Shown one piece after another: positions 55,511 to 64,000 of a DNA stretch of 64,000 nt (within the stretch, counting starts at the first letter, position 1; each line of letters begins with the position of its first letter). Source of the stretch: Lama guanicoe (lineage: Eukaryota); the NCBI GenBank assembly GCA_013239625.1, contig MU056000.1, positions 14,471,787-14,535,786 of the forward strand, given 5' to 3'. The notes beneath the pieces were generated by a model. It was given only the letters and a program-made list of their open reading frames with translations. It did no database searches and was not told the DNA's origin. A program made the translations under genes and the position numbers.

Positions 55511-55744
55511 AAGAAGGACTTTAGTATGAAATTCAAGGACCCACTCCAAAAGCATTTTGTGCTAGTATAATACACAAAACGTTACTCTGTATGTCATCGA
55601 ACTCAGGACTGAAAAACCAATACGCATGTTAATTACTAAAAAGTAACTTAAAAGAACGAAGTCATTTTAAATCACAAGAAGATGTAAGCAGTGGATCTTG
55701 CATTAAGTATGATTTAGTCAAACTTAATACCCTCAACTAGATTA

Positions 55745-55966
55745 CAGGTAACCCCTGCTTTTCAAAAGTTCACTTTATGCCACTTCACTTTTACAAAAAA
55801 AAAAAAGACCTACATGAGTGCCTGTTTCTGAAACATAAAGAAATTTGAAGACGATTTTCACTTTTTTTTATTTTTCAAAAAGGCAAGGATTGAAATTGCT
55901 TTGTTTTACACTATTTCATCTTGATTTCATAGAAACACTCTACTTTGAGATAGCAGGGGAAACCTG
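55745..55966. mobile_element. TcMar/Tigger-type MITE
   Basis: Imperfect ~25-bp TIRs caggtaacccctgcttttcaaaagt / actttgagatagcaggggaaacctg; TA at the left flank. Confidence 0.75.
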
Positions 55967-56985
55967 AATTGCCATAATTGTCTGATAAGATATTAAGCTA
56001 ATTGTCAATAGAGTTCATTTATATTCTTATTGGAACCATGAGAACCATAAATATATTGAGGGTGTCTACTTTGGTAAGAATGTGGTTTAATTTGGAAATA
56101 TTTTTTCTTTCATGTACTGAGAACAGATAACTAAGTCACCTTGATTTTATATTAATCTCATAAACCTGGTTAGTTGAAAAAGCAAATGTACTGAAAATAA
56201 AGACAGGAACTACTGTATTTTGGCTTTTAATACTGAATTTATATTTTCTAGTTCAATAAGCTTATCAGTAAATAGCTTTCTTGCATCTAATCCAGCTTTT
56301 TCAATTTATTTTAAAGTGCATTATTTGAGGTTATGTACATTGTGATCAAACCAGTATAAATGAGAAAATATTAAAATATGGTATGTAGCCTATGCTCAAT
56401 AAATACTGCCAGAATGAATAAACCAGAATAAGAAAACACACCAGCAAAACATTTAGCACAAATGTAGCTCAAAGACAATTTTAACTGACTGTAAACCAAA
56501 AGTCTGAGGGAAATATGTCACTAATTAAATTCATGTCAAAGCCAAGCATGCATATTTAATAATCTAGTAAGTGAGGAAAATATACCTATGTATTCTTTCC
56601 CAAAGGTAAGTGTTCAAATAAATATCAAAGAACATAATTAAGATAGACAGAAATCATAAACATTTATATCAGCTTGAATGTTCCTGTTTGGCCTATAGAC
56701 ACGACTTCCTTTTGAGAACTATATGCATAACTCTTAACATTCACTTCACCTACAGCAAAAGGAAAGCACAGGCAAACACAGGATACAGAGTACACGGCAG
56801 CACAATTTCTAATCTTAAATGGTTTGGGGGACAATGAAAACGAGCTTTTAGATGAGACATAATTAGAAGGAAGACTAATCGAATGTATTCTGGATGCAGT
56901 GTCAGAGAAGCATCTGAACTAGATACGTAAATACAAAATTAGCATCCTCTCTCTCACACCTACTCAGGTTCCCCAATCACTCACT

Positions 56986-57692
56986 ATGTATAGTGATTCT
57001 GTAATACATATATATTCCTTTTCATATTCTTTTTCATTATAGGCCATTACAAGGTATTTAATATAGTTTCCTATGCTACACAGTAGTAGAACCTTGTTGT
57101 TCATCTATTTTATATATAGTACTTAGTATCTACAAATCTTGAACTCCCAATTTATCCTTCTATTCATCCCTCCTTTCTCCCCTGGCAACCATAAGTTTGT
57201 TTTCTATGTCTGTGAGTCTGTTTCTGTTTTGTAAAACAGTTCATTTGTGTCATTTATTTAGATTCCACATATTAGTGATATCATATGGTAATTTTCTTTC
57301 TCTTTCTGGCTTACTTCACTTAGAATGACATTCTTCAGGTCCATCCATGTTGCTGCAAATGGCATTATTTTATTTTTTTTCATGGATGAGTAGAATTCCA
57401 TTGTACATATACGCCACAACTTTTTTATCCAATCATCTGTCAATGGACATTAGGTTGCTTCCATGTTTTGGCTATTGTAAATAGTGCTGCTATGAACATT
57501 GGGGGTACCTGTATCTTTTTGAATTAGAGTTTCCTTCAGATATGTGCACAGGAATGAGATTGCTGGATCATATGGTAAGTCTGTTTTTATTTTTTTTAAG
57601 GAATCTCCATACTGGTTTCCATTATGGCTGCACCAAACTCATTCCCACCAACAGTGTAGGAGGGTTCCCTTTTCTCCGCACCCTCTCCAGCA
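56986..57692 (-). mobile_element. Camelid-type L1 3' fragment (ORF2 C-terminus plus 3'UTR)
   Basis: ORF 57258-57443 'TDDWIKKLW...KKNKIMPFAATWMDL...ILSEVSQKEK..YHMISLICGI' is the L1 ORF2 C-terminus; flanking DNA is collinear L1. Confidence 0.95.
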
Positions 57693-58199
57693 CTCAGATA
57701 GCAAATTTTACTTGTTTCGTTTACATTGAAGACAACTCCATTTTTTCCACCTTGGGTTAGGAGGATGGACATACATCACTGCCAATGAATAAAGAAACAG
57801 AAGTATGTATTTGGAGAAAAGATAGTAAGTTTCTTTCCAGGCATTTTGTGTTTGAAGTGTCTGGGGAAAGTCAATAGCAATGCCTGGTAAGAAATTAGAA
57901 CTATAGATCTGAGGAAAAACTATAGATCTGAAGATTCCTTTCCCAGTATCTGCCCCTGCCCTCTCCCGTGGTCCCCCGGCTTCCCAGACGTCCCCACTTC
58001 TGTGTACAGTAGTGCAGACGGCTGTCTCTGCCTAAAAAGCACCCTTTCCTTTGTCTGCCAGCCAAATTCTGACTAATTCAAGACAGATCCTTCTTTATCC
58101 TACTCAGAAATAAAGGTTTCCCTTTCTCAGTTTCTGAAGCACTGGTTACATTACCCCACATTACCCTCTGTGTGGCCATCACTTGCAACATGATAGTGA

Positions 58200-58400
58200 A
58201 CAGGACTGAGTTACTACTTTGCACCAGCTACCGTGCCAGACACTTGAAAAATAATCTCTAAGAACACCCTAAGTGGGGCATGGCAATTTCCATTCTGCAG
58301 ATAAAGACAGTAAGATTCAAAAAACAGTTAACTTTACAAAAGTGGAACAACTCATATTTAACAGTATGGAGGGCAGGTCCCAGGTTTCCCAATGACTTTC
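58200..58400 (-). mobile_element. MIR fragment
   Basis: 'ctaccgtgccagacact...aacaccctaagtggggca...ccattctgcagataaagacagtaagattc'. Confidence 0.6.
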
Positions 58401-58498
58401 AAGATTTTATTCTCTTGTTCTTTCATCCTCAGATAAAAAAGTAGATCCCACTGAAGTCAGGAGATATTTCCTTTATCCATTTATTTATTTATTTAGCA

Positions 58499-59770
58499 CA
58501 GTCATACCTCATTTTATCATGCTTCACTTCGTTGTTCTTCACAGATACTGCAATTGTTACAAATTGAAGGTCTGGGGCAACCCTGTGTCAAGCAAGTCTC
58601 AGTGCCATTTTTTCCAACAACATTTGCTCACTTTGTGTCTCTGTGTCACATTTTGGTAATTCTTGGAATATTTCAAACATTTTCATTTTGTTCTGCTTTG
58701 TTACGGTGATCTGTGAGCAGTGAACTTTGATGTTATTTTTGTCATTGTTTTGGGGCACCCATGCAAGATGGCAAATTTAATCCATAAATCTTCTGTGTTC
58801 TGACTGCTTCCTTGACTGGTCTTTCCCTGACTGGCCTCCTTGTTCCTTAAAACACAATAATACTGAAATTAGATCAATTAATGACCCTACAATGGACTGT
58901 AAATATTCAAGTGAGAGGGAGAGTCACACATTTTTCACTTTAAATCAAAAGCTAGAAATAGTTAAGCTTAGCGAGGAAGGCATGCAGAAAGCCAAACTAG
59001 GACCAAAGATAGGCTTCTTACACCAAACAGCCAAGCTGTGAATGCAAAGGAAAAATTCTTAAAGGAAGTTAACAATGCTCCTCCAGGGAACACACAAATG
59101 ATAAATTAGTGAAACAGACTTATTGCTGATATGGAGAATGTTTCAGTGGTCAGGGTAAAAGATCAAACCAGCCACAACATTCCCTTAAGCCAAAGCCTAA
59201 TCCAGAGCAAGGCCCAAACTCTCTTCAATTCTGTGATGACTGAGAGAGGTTAGGAAACTGCAAAAGAAAAGTCTGAAGCTAGCAGAGTCTGGTTCATGAG
59301 GTTTAAAGAAAGAAGCCATTTCTATAACACGGAAGTTCAGGGTGAAGCAGCAAGTGCTGATGTGGAAAACCGGCAGCAAGTTATCCAGAGGGTCTAGTTC
59401 AGATCACTAATGAACATGGCTGCACCAAACAACAGGTTTTTATGTAGACAAAACCGCCTTCTACTGGGAGAAGATACCATGTAGGGATTTGAAAGCGAAT
59501 GGGAAGTCAATGCCTGGCCTCAAAGCTTCTAAGAACAGGCTGACTCTTGTTAAGAGCTAATGCAGCTGGTGACTTTACATTGAAGCCAATGCTCATTCAC
59601 CATTCCAAACATCCTCGGGCCCTTGAGAATTATGCTAAAGCTACTCTGCCGGAGCTCTATACATGGAACGACAATACTTGGATGACAGCACATCAGCTTA
59701 CAATATGGTTTACTGAATATATTAAATCCACTGTTAAGATCTACTGCTCAGGAAAAAAAAGATAATTCCT
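58499..59770 (+). mobile_element. Tigger1 DNA transposon, 5' half with decayed transposase
   Basis: 5' TIR 'cagtcatacctcattttat'; 'ttacaaattgaaggt...gcaaccctg'; ORF 59547-59765 '[31 protein letters not shown]...WMTAH..TIWFTEY' is Tigger1 transposase; 3' half absent. Confidence 0.95.
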
Positions 59771-59834
59771 AGAAATTAGGTCAAAATCAACTCCCTTCCC
59801 CAGCTTACAAAATTCACAAGTACTTCAGTATTGT

Positions 59835-60600
59835 TGTTTTATCACATCCAGACTAGAAATCACACAGGTGCCTTTGAATGCTATCTTGATGCCTTAACCA
59901 CAATTTTGGCAACTGTCAAGTTTTATGTGGTTTCACTTCCTTTTTAATTTCTATGACTGAAAATATATTTTTCCTTTCTTCCATCTCATTTACACTTGAG
60001 ATCCCCTAACCTTAGGCATCATTTTGCTTCTTCTCTAGACCATTCTTCTCAACCCAAAGTGTGGGCTGCTATTCTGTGGACTGGGTTCTAAATGAAAAGT
60101 TGCATAGATGGTCTCTGAACACTTTTCCTTTATTTCCCCCTTTTTTTATAATTTATTCGCCTTCTATAGCTTCACTGCAATACTCAATTCAAAACTCCAG
60201 CCAAAGTGTCTTCTTTGATCGTGATGATCAGAGGAAATGTAAATACACAAACACCTGCCTGATGACTCTAATTGAAACATCATAGTTCTCTTGAATTTAT
60301 CACAACCAAAACTAAATCCGTGACCTTTCAGACACACACCTCCTTTATTGCCAGTGAGCCCTATCTCCTTTCACCTGACAGGAAACTGAGAACAGTGATG
60401 GATACATCTTTCTTGCTTACCTGCTACAAAACACTCAATCACCAAATCTTACTGATTCAAATTCCCTAAATAATTCTTGAATCTGTCCACTTGTTTCCTG
60501 TTCCAATGACATATCCTGTTAAGTCACCTTAACCATTGCAATTACATCCTAACTCGTCTTCTCACTGTCACTGGGGCTCCTTGCCAATTCATGATCCAAA
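59835..60600 (+). mobile_element. L2 fragments
   Basis: 'ccagactagaaatcacacaggtgcctttga', 'aggaaactgagaacagtgatggatacatctttc', 'ttccctaaataattcttgaatctgtccactt'. Confidence 0.55.
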
Positions 60601-60634
60601 AATGTACTTCACTCTTGCCTTGACAAGCCTCCAT

Positions 60635-60985
60635 GGAGAGTCAAGATCCATGGTGCATAATTTGAAATCAAGCTCTGACACTTACTTGCCTCACAATCTT
60701 TGGGTCGTGGCTTTACCTCTTAAAGCCTCAATCTTCTCTAAAAATGAGATAATAATGATAACCTGCAACCTGTCATCTCCGTCTGGAAAACTGAGCTTTG
60801 TGGGGACCTGACTTACCATGAACAACTGTGATTTGACTGCTGTTGAGCAAACCTCCAGACTTTTCTCTAAAAAAAAAAAAGCAAAGTTGTTGTGAAGAAT
60901 AAGGAACCTTTAAATGAAAATACTGAGAATGGCTCCTGACTCATGTTAAGTGCCCAATAAATATTAGCTAACATTATTTTATTGA
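60635..60985 (+). mobile_element. MIR SINE split by a ~110-bp insertion
   Basis: 5' part ends 'aaaatgagataataatgataacct'; 3' part resumes 'gcaaagttgttgtgaagaat...aagtgcccaataaatattagcta'. Confidence 0.75.
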
Positions 60986-62419
60986 GTCCATGCATTTTTA
61001 ATCCAATGTCTGTTATATGGGGGCATGGGGCTGAGAAAGCTGTGCAGGATGTCTTTCTTTCTCTGTAATGATTTGGAACCCCTGGGGATTGCAGGACACT
61101 AGGAACATGGCTGTAGGTACTGATTCACCAAGAAGGCCACCTGTATTATGCTTGCTAGACTAGACAATGCATACCCATAGGTTTTTCTTAAAAATTAACC
61201 CGCTCTGTCAGCCTGAGGAATGTGTGGTCTGCATCCTCAGGGCGATACTCAGCCATTTATAATAAGTTTGTAGAGTCAGTTGGGAAGCTGATGATTAACC
61301 TGATAGCCCTCACAAGCTACATGGGACGGGATGCTGACATAAGGGGTACCGTGCTGTCCTTTGAATGCGAGACATAGACTGAGCAGTGATAAGTGCTAGC
61401 TTGTTCAAGATGGAGCTCTTCCTGGTTAGCCTCCCAGGAGAAGATTTGGCCCCCGTTAGTACAGTCCTGAGCACAACTGGCAATGGCCCTGGGTTTAACA
61501 CCATCAACTGGCCAAATCTCAAGGATTCTAGGCCCAGTAACATCAGAGGAGTGGCTCCAGCTTCTCCCCACCATGAATCGTGTATGCTATTCATACATAG
61601 ACACAGAGCAAACACTGCCACTAACGTGCCAGTTTACATAACTGCCCCCATGAGGACTGGACCCGGTGTTTAATCATACCCCAGGAAGGGCTGGTGTTAC
61701 GCCCAACTGCTAACACCAGGCCACCAGGGTAGAGTTAGAGCCAGGCTTCTACCGTGTTGTGTTGCTCTGTGTCATAGCCTTGCTCAAACCAGAAAGAGGT
61801 CTAAACTCCCCTAATCATGCAGCTCACAGTCCTACAGCTTAAGAGCAGGCCGCCCTTTCAGAGTCTGAAATGACTGTGTCAGGTTTCTGAGTGTTGTCCT
61901 AGAATGGACAGGGGACCTACACACATGCTGATGACCTAAATTTCCCCATACATGTTTCTCTAGTAGACATCCAGTGTGTGCTGTTTCCCATTGGTTCTTG
62001 TTTGCACAATGGGCAGGAAAGGTATTTTATATTCTGTTTTATAGTAGCAAATTCACTGTGTATAGTTTATAACACAGTGTTCACATTCACACATTCCTTT
62101 TCCACATACAAGTAACTCCTATCCTTTTAAATACCTTATATGTTAATCTTACTATGAAAACAATATGCATAAAGGAAATGCAAAGTAAATTTGAAACAGA
62201 CAAATCTGGTGATTTTTTTTTAATATAGCATCCTTAATTTTGGTCTTGCTAAAAATTAACAAGTTAGCAGAAAGGTAACGTACTTTTTTTTAATTTAATT
62301 TAATTTAATAAATTTTATTTTTAGGATCACTGATCTAGGATTAGTCTTTACTTGGTTACACTTCCTCAGTGCACCCTTGTTTTGCTTCCACCAAGACAGA
62401 ATATCCCTTTATGTAGAAG

Positions 62420-62597
62420 AGTGTTCCCAAGTCTAGCTGCACATTAGAATCAACTGGGGAGCTTTAAAAAGCATCAATGTCTAAGTCCTACTTTCAGAGA
62501 TTCTGATTTAATTGGTCAGGGGTAAGGCCAGGGCAAAGATACTTTTTATATGATTCCTTTGATGAGTCTGTGGTGCAACAGAGAATGAGAACTGCTG
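62420..62597. mobile_element. MER5B-type MITE
   Basis: 'gctgcacattagaatcaactggggagctttaaaaa...cagagattctgatttaattggtcagggg...tgagaactgctg'. Confidence 0.85.
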
Positions 62598-64000
62598 ACA
62601 CAGGGGTTAGGACTTCAGGACTATAATGTGTGAGCACGTAATAAGCATTTCCTATTATGGAGAATATTGGAAGTTTCTAGAGTTTTTTATATTATGTGCA
62701 TAATGTATTCAGAAGAGGATGTGTAGGAGCTTCAGTATCATAAAATGAAACATAACTTTGTATCCTCAGGATGAAATGGAATATGAGCTTGTGGCTTACA
62801 ATGGAACCATAGTTTTAAAAACTGGCTACAGACTATTCCATTAAATAGGGCCACCTTAATTTCTCTGAATTATTATTCACATTAAAGCAGTTCTTAAGAT
62901 CAAGGGATATGATCAGTGTCCAGGACAGAGAAAATAAATATTTATCTAAATCTGGAAGCCAGAGGAAATCGGCATACTGCCATAGTACCCAATGAAAACA
63001 GAAGTAGACAGAGAAAAAGCTCTCTAACCACTTTTAAATGAGCTCATAGACAGGGAAATGTTTCATATCTGAATTTTTGGAGGAGAGTGAATTTATGTTA
63101 ATGTGGCAGTTCTACTTTTAAATTGAAGTTTTTAAAAAATGTACCTTTTTTATGCCATTATCATTTGGCTTTGGAGAGGCAGCGCTAAAACTTGATAAAT
63201 TTTAGCTTTCAAATCTGAGCATCTGACTTTGGCACAGAAAGCAGAGTCTGAGCATGCAGCACTGGCGTTAGGGCAACAAAGCCCAGGATCCAGCGCCAAT
63301 AGCAAGTGCACATTTCAAGCCCTATCCTGGGAGCCGGCACATAATTTCATAAATTCATTGCCCTCCATCTGTGTATTGTCCCTTGGCTCCCTAGTCAAGC
63401 AATAGGTAGAGCTTCAATGACACAAATGATGTCCTATGTGCTCATATAATTTATTACCCTTTGAATGTTCAGAACAAAGGTCATATTCAGTACAGACCTA
63501 CAGGAATTTGCTTTCTCTTACTTTCCCTTTTTCTCATTATACTTGGCTTTTTCTTTTATCTTGGGACTCAGCTTTCACTAGAGTTGGAAATAAATCTTTT
63601 TCTTTTTTTTCTCCTTCTTCTCAGCTTGCCCTTGACTGCTATGGAAACCAAAAAAGAGCTATAGAAATCCTGGAAAATTGATTTTTTTCCTTGGATGAAG
63701 GCTAGGGTGGTTACTGAAGGTCTTTTAAACCCTAATGCAGGTTTTAATGGCCAAAAAGGGAAATGTAGCTTCTATTGAATTGAATCCAAATTATCTTGGC
63801 TGTCAGACACAGGGGAAAAAAAGTAGAGAAGCTGACATTTGTCTCTCAATGTCAGTATAATTATCCTAGTATAATTGCAACCAGTAAAAAAGAGAGAAAA
63901 TTTAGAAAGACACAAGATGTTATCTCAATAAAAAAGGAAAAGGACCATTCATTTGATTTCTTGGCTAAATTTTTTGTTCATTTTTCAAAAAATGCAAGCT

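Noticed and set aside
57895..57935. aactatagatctga direct repeat
   Set aside because: Small local duplication within a decayed L2 region.
59547..59765. TIGD1-like gene
   Set aside because: Lies in a truncated Tigger1 with stops and frameshifts; a decayed transposon rather than a domesticated gene.
1..64000. Short ORFs of the six-frame track as genes
   Set aside because: All are 132 aa or less, often low-complexity or inside repeats; only L1 ORF2 and Tigger1 relics are recognisable, and no consistent exon chain was found.

Overview
AT-rich mammalian (eutherian) non-coding DNA, either a large intron or intergenic. No intact protein-coding gene can be supported; the only recognisable ORF-track peptides are decayed L1 ORF2 (57258-57443) and Tigger1 transposase (59547-59765). 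The window is a mosaic of old repeats (L1M, L2, MIR, MER5, MLT1C, MLT1I/J, LTR16, Tigger1, a Tigger-type MITE) plus younger cetartiodactyl-type L1 3' ends and a MER41-like LTR. I saw no Alu, BovB/Bov-tA, PRE1 or SINEC elements; with the L1 3'UTR style this suggests a camelid or related cetartiodactyl (inference). Repeat names come from recalled consensus sequences, not from a search, and boundaries are approximate. Most notable: (1) an L1 3'-end copy at 42215-42583 with a dense, one-directional A-to-G cluster relative to three paralogues in this window, as expected if an ADAR-hyperedited RNA was reverse-transcribed into the genome; (2) a tailless 35-nt 5' tRNA-half retrocopy between perfect 23-bp direct repeats (55453-55533); (3) a ~110-bp insert splitting a MIR and carrying a 50-nt exon-like cassette (60771-60880).
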